Source: a virus
Direction: 5' to 3' (one strand)
IMG/VR virus record: IMGVR_UViG_3300044835_000040
Coordinates: 32,001-96,000 of that record
Length of the DNA stretch: 64,000 nucleotides
Part shown: in pieces, positions 16,886 through 25,431 of the stretch
Layout of the letters: the number at the start of each line of letters is the position of its first letter
Position numbering within the stretch: the first letter of the stretch is position 1
The notes under the pieces: model-generated
What the model was told of the DNA's origin: nothing
Seen by the model: the letters and a program-made list of their open reading frames with translations, nothing else
The model's database searches: none
Made by a program: the position numbers and the translations under genes

Positions 16886-17286
16886 CGATGTGGTGCATGT
16901 ATCCCGGCAAAGGCTTCTACAGCGCGGTGGAGAGCAAGAAGGACCCGCAGGTTCTGGAAATCAGGGCGCGCGTGCGCGCAGACCTGAACCGGCTGAAGGC
17001 TGACCACATCCCCGATCTGCGGATCATCAAGGGCGGCGGCACCGACTACCAGCTCCGCGGCTTCACGACGCGGCCGAAGTGGGCGAAGGCCGTTGCGGCG
17101 ATGGCGATCGACATCGACTACACGAACTTCAAGGACGCCGTGACCGCCCGGCAGGGCCATCGGCGCCACGACGTGTACATGCGCGTGTGGAGTGCGCTGT
17201 GGGGGCTGGTCGAGCCGAAGCCGCGCAAGCGGCAGCAGCGCTTCACCTACGCCGACGAGGACGAGGCCGCACGCTGGGCGCTTTAG
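16882..17286 (+). CDS. Conserved-looking hypothetical protein
   Basis: GFYSAV...IRAR...GTDY...IDYTNFK pattern; GGAGG RBS. Confidence 0.65.
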   Translation: MTMWCMYPGKGFYSAVESKKDPQVLEIRARVRADLNRLKADHIPDLRIIKGGGTDYQLRGFTTRPKWAKAVAAMAIDIDYTNFKDAVTARQGHRRHDVYMRVWSALWGLVEPKPRKRQQRFTYADEDEAARWAL

Positions 17287-17318
17287 GGCGTCCGGTGTGT
17301 GGGTATCCTCCTGCTGAG

Positions 17319-17594
17319 ATGGCGATCACCACCGAGAGGGCTGCCGAGCTGCGCACCTTCCCCCTGAAAGACCGGTGGTCGCCCGAGGAGTCGCTGGCGC
17401 TGATCGAACACGTCGACGGCACGGACGTGATCGACGGGATCCCGCTGCCGACGTACGTGCAGACCGAGGCCGATCGCGTCCGGTGGGCGAACGCCGTCAG
17501 GGTCGCTTCGCAGATGAGCGAGGAACCCGTCTCCTCTCCGCTGGTGCAGCAGCTCGCGCGCACACTGTTCGAGGACCGGGACACCTACAGCTGA
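17319..17594 (+). CDS. Hypothetical protein
   Basis: ATG 9 nt after TATCCT -10-like hexamer; GC-rich third positions. Confidence 0.55.
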   Translation: MAITTERAAELRTFPLKDRWSPEESLALIEHVDGTDVIDGIPLPTYVQTEADRVRWANAVRVASQMSEEPVSSPLVQQLARTLFEDRDTYS

Positions 17595-17595
17595 G

Positions 17596-17901
17596 ATGGC
17601 TGTCGCGCTCCGGCCCGTCGCACCTCTGCCGCCACCGCGGGGGACCGTGCCAGAGCAGCTGAGGGTCGTGCTGGCGCGCTTGCGCGCGGACGGGCTGCTG
17701 TTCGAGCAGGCGTGGATCGAGTCGTGGGACCTGATCGCGTGGCCGCTCTCCCAGCGCGAAACGCTGGAATGGGAGAAGGCGCTCGAAGGCACGAAGGAGA
17801 CGTGGCGCGCGCGGTACGAACGCTGGGATCAGACGCCGGAGGAAAAGGCCGTCGCGGGGCTGGGCGCAGCGCTCGAAGCCGCGCTCGCCGACGCTGCCTG
17901 A
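17596..17901 (+). CDS. Hypothetical protein (Trp-rich)
   Basis: Adjacent to upstream stop, consistent codon bias. Confidence 0.55.
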   Translation: MAVALRPVAPLPPPRGTVPEQLRVVLARLRADGLLFEQAWIESWDLIAWPLSQRETLEWEKALEGTKETWRARYERWDQTPEEKAVAGLGAALEAALADAA

Positions 17902-17965
17902 GCGACCGATGGTCGCGCTCGTGTGATAGACTCTAGGGTGCAACCGATCCTGGAGGTACGACATG
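17901..17965 (+). promoter_or_regulatory. Operator plus extended -10 promoter and conserved leader
   Basis: AGCGACCGATGGTCGC 17901; TGaTAGACT 17924-17932; GCAACCGAT 17940; GGAGGTACGACATG. Confidence 0.7.
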
Positions 17966-18178
17966 AAGGGCAGAGCGAAGGCGTGCGACAAGTCCCTGGA
18001 GGCGCTGCTTCGGCAGGCTGAAGGCAAGGGCTGCGCGATCTCTGGCGGCGGGAGCCGTCACTTCAAGATCCTCGTGCCGGGCGCGGGTATCGTGATCACG
18101 CACTCCACCGGCTCGGACAAGCGGGCGCACAAGAACACCGTGGCGCGACTGAAGCGCATGGGCGTGACCGTCGCGTAG
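17963..18178 (+). CDS. HicA-like mRNA interferase (solitary)
   Basis: 71 aa; GGSRHFKI...IVITHSTGSDKRAHKN...LKRMG. Confidence 0.65.
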   Translation: MKGRAKACDKSLEALLRQAEGKGCAISGGGSRHFKILVPGAGIVITHSTGSDKRAHKNTVARLKRMGVTVA

Positions 18179-18181
18179 GGA

Positions 18182-18256
18182 TTGACAGACGCACGATCGG
18201 TGAGCTACCATCGGTCGCACTAAGCAACCGATTCACGAGGAAAGAAGGTGCGAGAT
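18182..18256 (+). promoter_or_regulatory. Sigma70-like promoter with partial operator and conserved leader
   Basis: TTGACA-18-TACCAT; ACCATCGGTCGC 18207; GCAACCGAT 18224; AGGTGCGAGAT 18246. Confidence 0.7.
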
Positions 18257-19424
18257 GAAGGCAGCAAAAGACATCGTGACGCTGGCGCAGGAGCTGAAAG
18301 ACCGCGCGGAGCGCAAGAAGGACCTGATCGTCGACGACAGGCAGATCACCGTCCTCACGACGCCGGGCGAGAAGGCGAACGAGACGGAGGTGCTGCTGCG
18401 CGAGCCCGCCGTCGGTGACGTGCTGGGGCAGACGATCGCGACGCTGGCGCCGCAGCGGATGTTCACGACGCAGCTCGGGCAGCACCTCGGCGTGCGCACG
18501 GACCTGCTCGACCGGCTCCGTGCGGAGCACCCGGTCCAGCACGATCAGCTCGTCAACGGGCTGCTCGACCGGATGCACATCGAGAAGAAGGACAAGCAGA
18601 AGCACATGGTCCGCACTTACGCCGACCCGGATGGCGGCGTCGGTGTCGCTCGCGCGCTGCTCGGCGAGGGCTACCGTCGGATCGACAACGAGGACATCGC
18701 CGAGGCCGCGCTGCCGGTGATCCTGAACGAGATCCCGACGGCTGTGGTCGACACGTGCGAGCTGACCGACACGAAGATGTACATCAAGGTGCTCGTGCCC
18801 GGAATGCAGATCAGCCTGAAGGAACTGGTCGAGCCGGGCCACCACAAGTTCCTCGACCCGAACAGCCCTGACTACGTGCAGGCGGGGTTCGTGCTGAAGA
18901 ACAGCGAGGTGGGCGGCGGTGCGCTCTCGATCGAGCACATGCTGTTCCGGCTGGTCTGCCTGAACGGCCTGATCCGCGGCAAGGCACTCTCGCGTCGTCA
19001 CGTCGGTCGCCGGAACGTCGAGGTGGCCGAGGACTACACGATCTACAGCACCGAGACCGTCGAAGCTGACGACAAGGCGCTGATGATGAAGGTCCAGGAC
19101 GCGGTGCGCCACACGGTCAACGAGGAGAAGTTCCGTGAGATCGCACAGCAGTTCGCGAGCACGGTGGCGACCGTCGAGATCGAGCAGCCGATCGAGCGGA
19201 TGCAGGTGCTGGCCCCGAAGATCGGCCTGACCCTCGGCGAGGGTCAGAGCGTCCTGGAGAAGCTGCTTGCGGGCGGCAACAAGACGCAGTTCGGGCTGAT
19301 CAACGCGATCACCGCCACGGCGCAGACGGTCGAGTCCTACGACCGCAGCGTCGAGCTGGAGGAGATCGGCGCGCAGGTGATGGACCTGAGTGGTGCCGAG
19401 TGGGGGGCGCTGGTCACCGCGTAG
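18255..19424 (+). CDS. DUF932-family protein
   Basis: RALLGEGYRRIDN and LKNSEVGGGA...FRLVCLNG signatures. Confidence 0.8.
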   Translation: MKAAKDIVTLAQELKDRAERKKDLIVDDRQITVLTTPGEKANETEVLLREPAVGDVLGQTIATLAPQRMFTTQLGQHLGVRTDLLDRLRAEHPVQHDQLVNGLLDRMHIEKKDKQKHMVRTYADPDGGVGVARALLGEGYRRIDNEDIAEAALPVILNEIPTAVVDTCELTDTKMYIKVLVPGMQISLKELVEPGHHKFLDPNSPDYVQAGFVLKNSEVGGGALSIEHMLFRLVCLNGLIRGKALSRRHVGRRNVEVAEDYTIYSTETVEADDKALMMKVQDAVRHTVNEEKFREIAQQFASTVATVEIEQPIERMQVLAPKIGLTLGEGQSVLEKLLAGGNKTQFGLINAITATAQTVESYDRSVELEEIGAQVMDLSGAEWGALVTA

Positions 19425-19466
19425 CGATGTGCCCTAGTATTCGGGGCGGAACACACGAGGGACCGG

Positions 19467-19486
19467 GGGGCGCTTACGAGCGCCCC
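19467..19486 (+). terminator. Hairpin, probable terminator ending the early island
   Basis: GGGGCGCT-TACG-AGCGCCCC; weak U tract. Confidence 0.5.
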
Positions 19487-19495
19487 TCAGTCTGT

Positions 19496-19515
19496 TAGGA
19501 GCGCGGCTTTACCAT
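19496..19515 (+). promoter_or_regulatory. Late-type promoter, leaderless start of 19522
   Basis: TAGG-agcgcggctt-TACCAT, GTG 6 nt downstream. Confidence 0.65.
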
Positions 19516-19521
19516 CGGGCT

Positions 19522-21372
19522 GTGCCGAGCACCATCCGTGCAGTCCGTCGCCAAGTCCGCGAGGCCGTCGCAAGCGGCAGTCCTCGTTCGGCGCGGACCC
19601 TGAAGCACGAACTGCCGGGCGGCGAAGTCGCCGAGCGGTACACGAGCCGCGACTACACGCACGTGACGACCAGCACCGGGCATTCCTCGGAGCCGCTGGC
19701 CGGTCACGGCAAACGGAGGGTCGTCGGCTGGCACACCTCACACGCGGCTGCGTCTCACCGTGGCCGTCAGATGGAGCGCGGCGGCTGGCTTGGCGTTCTC
19801 GTCGAGCCGGTCTGTCCGCCGCCGGGCGCGCCGCCAGCGCCGAAAGATCCTGAAGCGCCCGCGGGGACGACCCCGCCGACCGCGCCCGCCGCGGGACCCG
19901 TCACCGAGAACCAGGAGGTTGCCGTGCAGTCGACCAGTGAGATCGCAGCTGAGATCGCCTTGCGCGCGCTGGGCGGCGACGAGGCGTTCGAGCCGGTCGA
20001 GGAGGCCGGGTTCGAGGAGTCGCTTCATCCGCGGGACCGGACGGGCAAGTTCGGGATCAGCGGCCTGAAACCCGGCCACGTCGTGCAGTTCTCGCACAAG
20101 TCGCCGCGCGGGTTCCTGCAGGGCCGCATCACGGGCAAGGGCAAAGATCACGTCACGGTCAAGCTGACCGATCCAGGGACCAATCAGAACGAGATGCGCG
20201 TACACCACATGCGTCTCCGTTCGGTGCTCGTGCCCGGCGCTGGCACCGGCAAAGCGGGCACGCCGCAGGCCGACAAGTACATCCCGATCGCCGGGGTGCC
20301 GTACTCGGAACCGGGCCTGCCGAAGGGCGCGCCACGCGGCAGCACGATCGTGTCGAAGTCGACGAGCCCTGCTGCCGTCGCGGCTCGTGCGGCTGCCGCC
20401 CGGAAGGGCGCGAAACTGCCATCGCCCGCGCAGCGCAAGCAGAATGAGCTGGGCGCAATCATTGACGCGCACCAGCACAAAGGCCCCGGCGGCGACGCCG
20501 CTATGCCTTCGACGGTGCGCGATGCGCTGACGGGAATCAAGCCGGGGGAGACGAAGACCGTCGCCGGGGCGAAGGTCACGAAGCACCCGACGAAGGGGAC
20601 GTACTCGGTCGAGGGGGATCACAACCTCGCCTCGCCGTGGGTCGCGATGCAGTCGATCAAGGAACACCGTGTCGAACGGGCCGAGAAGGGCGCGGGCAAA
20701 GGACCGCTCCACGAGACGTACAGCTTCGGTGGCGTTCAGACGAAGCTCGGCGACATCATCGGGACGCTGCAGAAAGAAGGCCATTCGCAGCAGCACATCG
20801 ACCGTTACGTGCAGGGACTGAAAGCCGGGCGGCAGGTCAAAGAGGCGGTCGAGCAGGCCGTCGGCGACGTGCTGGAGGCTGGCTCGCTGGCGAAGGCGTC
20901 GTCGCCGGAGCCGTTCTCCACGTCGAAAACGTCGAACTGGGTCGCGCGGGCGGGCGGCCTGCCGCCGTACGTGCAGCACATCGCTCACGACCTGATGGAG
21001 GACAAGGATCACCCGCGCACGGAGAGCGAGGCGATCCGGCTGGCGCTCGGCATCGTCAAATCGCCGCCGAAGAACTGGAAAGCCGAAGCGCGCGCCGCTG
21101 CCAAGAAGGCGGTCGCTGAATGGGAGGCTAAAAAGGGCGCGTCGAAGGTGAAGGAGGCTGCCGGGGAGGAGATCACGGAGGCCGACTACGAGGTCGCCGC
21201 CGCGGTGCCGATCGAGGAGGCCGAAGACGCCAAGGCCAAGGCATTCTGCGTCGCGGATCGCGCCAAGGTGACGCCGACGGACAAGGGTCGCTGTCCGAAA
21301 TGCGGGCGCAAGCTCGGCAAGGCCGTCTCGGAGGCTGTGGTCGAGGCGGTGCGGGAGAGCATGTCGGCGTGA
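19522..21372 (+). CDS. Multi-segment head-associated protein (HPR tag, many V/I-x-E-A sites, C-terminal zinc ribbon)
   Basis: VEEAGFEESLHPRDRTGKF; NWVARAGGLPPYVQHIA domain; RCPKCG. Confidence 0.7.
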   Translation: MPSTIRAVRRQVREAVASGSPRSARTLKHELPGGEVAERYTSRDYTHVTTSTGHSSEPLAGHGKRRVVGWHTSHAAASHRGRQMERGGWLGVLVEPVCPPPGAPPAPKDPEAPAGTTPPTAPAAGPVTENQEVAVQSTSEIAAEIALRALGGDEAFEPVEEAGFEESLHPRDRTGKFGISGLKPGHVVQFSHKSPRGFLQGRITGKGKDHVTVKLTDPGTNQNEMRVHHMRLRSVLVPGAGTGKAGTPQADKYIPIAGVPYSEPGLPKGAPRGSTIVSKSTSPAAVAARAAAARKGAKLPSPAQRKQNELGAIIDAHQHKGPGGDAAMPSTVRDALTGIKPGETKTVAGAKVTKHPTKGTYSVEGDHNLASPWVAMQSIKEHRVERAEKGAGKGPLHETYSFGGVQTKLGDIIGTLQKEGHSQQHIDRYVQGLKAGRQVKEAVEQAVGDVLEAGSLAKASSPEPFSTSKTSNWVARAGGLPPYVQHIAHDLMEDKDHPRTESEAIRLALGIVKSPPKNWKAEARAAAKKAVAEWEAKKGASKVKEAAGEEITEADYEVAAAVPIEEAEDAKAKAFCVADRAKVTPTDKGRCPKCGRKLGKAVSEAVVEAVRESMSA

Positions 21373-22397
21373 GCGCGCGGGAGATCGCCGAGGCCGCGAC
21401 TCTGCGGATCCTGGAGCTGAGCGCGGACCAGATCCGCGCGAACGCTGTGCGGACGGTCGTCTCGGGCGCGCCGCCGCCGCAGCTGAAACAGCGGGGCCGG
21501 ACGGGCGCCGCGGCGTTTCAGCCGGGGAAGCACGCGCGTGGGCCGGGCGGCAAATTCGCGTTCGAGGGCGGCCGCGGTGCGCACGCGGCGAAGACCCCGA
21601 AGTCGCCGCAGGAAATCAAGCAGTTCCAGAAGGAATACGCGTTGCCGCAGACCGGCAAGATGGACGCCGCGACGCGGGCGACGGTCGCCTCCCCGCCGCC
21701 GCAGTCGGTGGGGCAGCTGGCGAAGTCCGAAGCGGCGAAGAAGGCGAAGGCGGAAGCCACGAAGCGCCAGGAATCGCGGGCGAAAACGAACGCCAAGCGC
21801 AAGGAAGAAGGCAAGCCGCCGGTCGGCACGAAAGCGACGGGCGCCAGCTCGCGCAGCGCCAGCGGCACCTCGACGGGCGGCACCGGCACGGGGTCGAGTC
21901 GCAGCACCTCTCGCTCGGGCAGCTCGCGTAGCTCGTCGTCGAGCGCGGCTGCCCGCACGGAAGCTGCGGCTGAAGCGGCCGAACGCAAGGGCGCGACCGC
22001 GCGGCACGCCATCGGCAAGGCGATGTCGGGGATCTCCTGGACGGGGAGGCTGAACGTCAACGAAAACCTGCAGGTAGGCAAGGGCATGGAAAAGGGCCAG
22101 CCGCCGTCACCGGCCGTCGGCCTGCTGCAAGCCAAGCTGGTCAACCTCGGCTTCAATGTCGGCTCGACGGGCGTGGACGGGAAGTTCGGTCCGGCGACGC
22201 AGATGGCGATCAAGATCCTGCAGCGCGAATACGGGATCAAGCCGACGGGTATCGTCGAATCGGCCACGCTGCAGCTGCTGGAAACGCTGACCGAACGCGC
22301 GCAGAAGTGGCAGAAGCACGGCATCATCGCCGCGGCGATCGTGCCCGGTGAGACCTTCGCGGCGCAGACGCGTCGTGTGCTCGCCGTGCTCAGCTGA
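21369..22397 (+). CDS. Peptidoglycan-binding-domain protein in the head module
   Basis: IKQFQKEYALPQTGKMD and LLQAKLVNLGF...VDGKFGPATQMAIKILQREYGIKPTGIV; FQPGKHARGPGGKF tag; GTGA overlap. Confidence 0.75.
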   Translation: MSAREIAEAATLRILELSADQIRANAVRTVVSGAPPPQLKQRGRTGAAAFQPGKHARGPGGKFAFEGGRGAHAAKTPKSPQEIKQFQKEYALPQTGKMDAATRATVASPPPQSVGQLAKSEAAKKAKAEATKRQESRAKTNAKRKEEGKPPVGTKATGASSRSASGTSTGGTGTGSSRSTSRSGSSRSSSSSAAARTEAAAEAAERKGATARHAIGKAMSGISWTGRLNVNENLQVGKGMEKGQPPSPAVGLLQAKLVNLGFNVGSTGVDGKFGPATQMAIKILQREYGIKPTGIVESATLQLLETLTERAQKWQKHGIIAAAIVPGETFAAQTRRVLAVLS

Positions 22398-22414
22398 GAG
22401 CCCATTCGTGCGTT

Positions 22415-22434
22415 TAGGAAATCGCCGTTAGCTT
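22415..22434 (+). promoter_or_regulatory. Late-type promoter, leaderless start of protease
   Basis: TAGG-aaatcgccgt-TAGCTT, ATG 7 nt downstream. Confidence 0.7.
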
Positions 22435-22441
22435 TCGGTCC

Positions 22442-23791
22442 ATGCCAACTGACCGCGAGCAGCGCACCATTCAGGAGACGGACGGTTCGGTCCTCACCGT
22501 CGAGGAGTCGGCCGGGAAGAAAACGCAGGACGGCACCGTCCTCGTGCACCTGATGCGCCCGTGCCTCGGCAAAGGCCGCGGCCGTCACATCTACGAGGCG
22601 CAGATGCTGGAGCGGGAGACCAACGCTGGCCGCTTCAAGAACTGGCCGATGTACGTCGACCACCGGTCGCCGGAGGCGGCGCGCAAGGCTCAGGGCCTGC
22701 CGCGTTCGCTGCGCGATCTCGGTGGGCGCGTCGTCGAGGCGTGGTGGGACCCGCAGGTCCCCGCGGACAAGGAGGCCGGGTTCGGCGCGGGCGCGGTCGT
22801 CGCCGAGGCCAAGCCGGTGCCGTGGGTCAAAGAGCTGATCGACCACGACCCGCAGCTGGTCAATGTCTCGCTGAACACCTTCGCGACGGGCGTCGTCCCG
22901 CGCACGATGGGCGGGCGCCCGGCCTACGTGGTCGAGGGCTTCGCCGATGAGGGCAGTGCCGACTGGGTGACGAAGCCCGGTGCAGGTGGCCGTGTCGTAG
23001 AGCTGCTGGAGGCCGCGATGGACGCGGCCGACGCCGAGGACGAGCCGGTGCTGGAGACCGTCTCCGACGAGGATCTTGCAGACCACATCCGTCGCCACCG
23101 GCCAGAGCTGGCCGAGGCACTGACAACCCCGACGCCGGGAAGCGGCGAGGAGGACATCATGGAGACCGAGCAGATCCAGGAGGCCACGCTGGAGGTCCTG
23201 CAGTCGGACGCCGGTAAGGCCGCCATCACCGCTGTCGTGTCGGAGGCTGCGACCGACGCTGTGTCGGAGGCCCTGAAGAACGTCCTCCCGGAGGCGATCG
23301 GCGCTGCCGCCGCCACGATCGAGGAGGGCGCTCGCGTGGCCGCCAACCAGGAGGTCCGTCGTGGCCGCCTGACCGAGCAGGCCCGCAAGGAGATCGCCGA
23401 GGCGAAGCTGCCCGAGAAGTTCGAGGCCGCTTCGGTCAAGCGCGTCACCGAGGCCATCGCCTCGATCGACGACAAGCGCGACCCCGAGGACGAGAGCAAG
23501 GTCACCGAGTCGGCCGAGGATCAGGTCAAGGCCCTCGTCGAGACCGAGATCAAGGATCAGAAGGACCTGATCGGGTCTGTCGCTCCGACGCGCGTCTCGA
23601 ACCCCGGCGGCGGCTCCGACGACACCGTGACCGAGGAGGACGGCGAGGTTTCGCCGTACCTGGACTCGGTGATGGAGACCGCGGGCGTCGACATGGAGGC
23701 CGCCTACGGCGTCAAGAAGGTCGACGCGGCGAAGCCCGCCGAGAAGGACAAGGGCGACGCAGAGGCCGACAAGGAGACGGCCGCGGCCTAG
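22442..23791 (+). CDS. Prohead maturation protease with scaffolding C-terminus
   Basis: MYVDH, RSLRDLGG, VSLN, SADWVTKPGAGGRV; acidic helical C-half; position before capsid genes. Confidence 0.8.
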   Translation: MPTDREQRTIQETDGSVLTVEESAGKKTQDGTVLVHLMRPCLGKGRGRHIYEAQMLERETNAGRFKNWPMYVDHRSPEAARKAQGLPRSLRDLGGRVVEAWWDPQVPADKEAGFGAGAVVAEAKPVPWVKELIDHDPQLVNVSLNTFATGVVPRTMGGRPAYVVEGFADEGSADWVTKPGAGGRVVELLEAAMDAADAEDEPVLETVSDEDLADHIRRHRPELAEALTTPTPGSGEEDIMETEQIQEATLEVLQSDAGKAAITAVVSEAATDAVSEALKNVLPEAIGAAAATIEEGARVAANQEVRRGRLTEQARKEIAEAKLPEKFEAASVKRVTEAIASIDDKRDPEDESKVTESAEDQVKALVETEIKDQKDLIGSVAPTRVSNPGGGSDDTVTEEDGEVSPYLDSVMETAGVDMEAAYGVKKVDAAKPAEKDKGDAEADKETAAA

Positions 23792-23839
23792 CGCCGGGGC
23801 GTCACGACCAGGACATCCTGAGAGGAGACACAGAGCACC

Positions 23840-24232
23840 ATGACCGTCATCCGCCCCGGCCGCGGCGTCCACATCATCGCCAACAAGGCCATCGAACACG
23901 CGAAGCCTCACTACCAGGGGGGGCTGATCGGCATCGCTCAGAAGCAGGACGAGCCGAACCAGTTCGCCTCTCTCGCCGAACGCCAGAAAATCGCGTCCGG
24001 CGTCAAGTACTTCCTTCTGACGAAGGGTGAGACGGAGGTGGTGGCGCTCGGCGGCGCGACCCTCGGCCAGCCGGTCTTCATCAACATGGCGACCGACGCT
24101 CTCACCCTGACGCAGGGCACCGCGGAAACGCAGCCGTTCGGCCGCGTGACCGCCCTGCCAAGCACTTTCGGTCTGCCTGCGACGCTGATGCGCGTCGACA
24201 TGGACCTGAAAGACGACGTGACGGTCAAATAG
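23840..24232 (+). CDS. Capsid decoration/cement protein (DUF2190-like)
   Basis: 130 aa beta-rich protein between protease and capsid; GLIGIA, GQPVF. Confidence 0.65.
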   Translation: MTVIRPGRGVHIIANKAIEHAKPHYQGGLIGIAQKQDEPNQFASLAERQKIASGVKYFLLTKGETEVVALGGATLGQPVFINMATDALTLTQGTAETQPFGRVTALPSTFGLPATLMRVDMDLKDDVTVK

Positions 24233-24291
24233 GCCGCGACGAACCCAACTCACGACCAACTCGACACGAGACACACAGAGGAGATACCGGA

Positions 24292-25380
24292 ATGACCGCA
24301 ACAGCAAGAGGCAGCCGGTACGGCCGTTGGGGTCGTTCGCTGCAGATCTTCGAGGCGTTCTCCGAATGGGGCAACGACCCGCGGGTCCAGGCCGCCGTTC
24401 AGGAGACGGAGACGCGAGCCGACTTCGCCGAATTCCTGATGGGCGCGATCCGTCAGACGATGCTCAAAGGCTACCTGTACGCGGCCCCGCAGTGGGACAA
24501 ATACATGGGGGTCGAGAGCGCGATCGACTTCCGCGAACACCGCAGCAAGGGTCTCGCGGGGATGTCTGGCATCCACCACGTCGGGGAGCTGGGCGAGTAC
24601 AAGGACATGCGGCGCGCCCGCAGGCCGGTCGCGGCATACGCCGTGGACACCTACGGCGCCACGTACTCGATCTCGCGGCACCTGATCATCAACGACGACA
24701 TGCGTCAGATCATGTCGACGACGCCTGAAGAGATGGGCAAGGCGATGGGCCGCTTCCTCGCGCGGACCGCTGTCGCTCTGATCGAAGGCAACCCGACTGC
24801 GCCTGACGGCAAACCCGTCTACAGCGTGGAACGCGGCAACGAAACGACGGAAGCCCTCTCGGAGGAATCTCTCGCGCTGATGTTCTCGGCGATGGAGAAC
24901 CAGTTCGACGAGAACGGCGACCAGATCACGCTGACGCCGCAGCTGCTGGCGGTCAAGAGCCTCACGCTGCAGCTGATCGCCAAGCGGATCGTCCGGTCGC
25001 AGGAGACCGGCACGAACATCACGTACACGGGCGGCACTGCCGGAGTCGGAACGACGCGGTTCGACAAGGGCAACGCCAACCCGCTCGCTGGGCTGCTGGA
25101 CGAGAACGAAGGCGTCATCCGGGACCCGTACTTCCAGGACCCGAACGACTACTACCTGTTCGCCAGCGCGGCCGATACTCCTGCGTTCATCATGGCGTTC
25201 CTCCAGGGCAACCGCGACCCGTTTCTCGGGATGCGCAACCCGGAGGCTCGCTCGGCGCTGCCGGGTGGCACGGACGACCCGTACTCGTTCGAGATCGACA
25301 CGATCGACTTCAAGATCCGGCACGACTTCGGCGCGGCTGTCGTCGAACCTCGCGCAACGGCTCGCGGCAAGGTGCCGTGA
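24292..25380 (+). CDS. Major capsid protein (Mu gpT-like, HK97 fold)
   Basis: VGELGEY, YAVDTYGATYSISRHLIINDD, IDFKIRHDFGA. Confidence 0.85.
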   Translation: MTATARGSRYGRWGRSLQIFEAFSEWGNDPRVQAAVQETETRADFAEFLMGAIRQTMLKGYLYAAPQWDKYMGVESAIDFREHRSKGLAGMSGIHHVGELGEYKDMRRARRPVAAYAVDTYGATYSISRHLIINDDMRQIMSTTPEEMGKAMGRFLARTAVALIEGNPTAPDGKPVYSVERGNETTEALSEESLALMFSAMENQFDENGDQITLTPQLLAVKSLTLQLIAKRIVRSQETGTNITYTGGTAGVGTTRFDKGNANPLAGLLDENEGVIRDPYFQDPNDYYLFASAADTPAFIMAFLQGNRDPFLGMRNPEARSALPGGTDDPYSFEIDTIDFKIRHDFGAAVVEPRATARGKVP

Positions 25381-25431
25381 GCCGAGACCCCCGGCAACCA
25401 CTACTTCAGGTCACGAGAGGAGCACACACAC

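Noticed and set aside
17963-18178. Complete HicAB toxin-antitoxin module
   Set aside because: No HicB-like neighbour; solitary HicA-like genes are common in actinophages.
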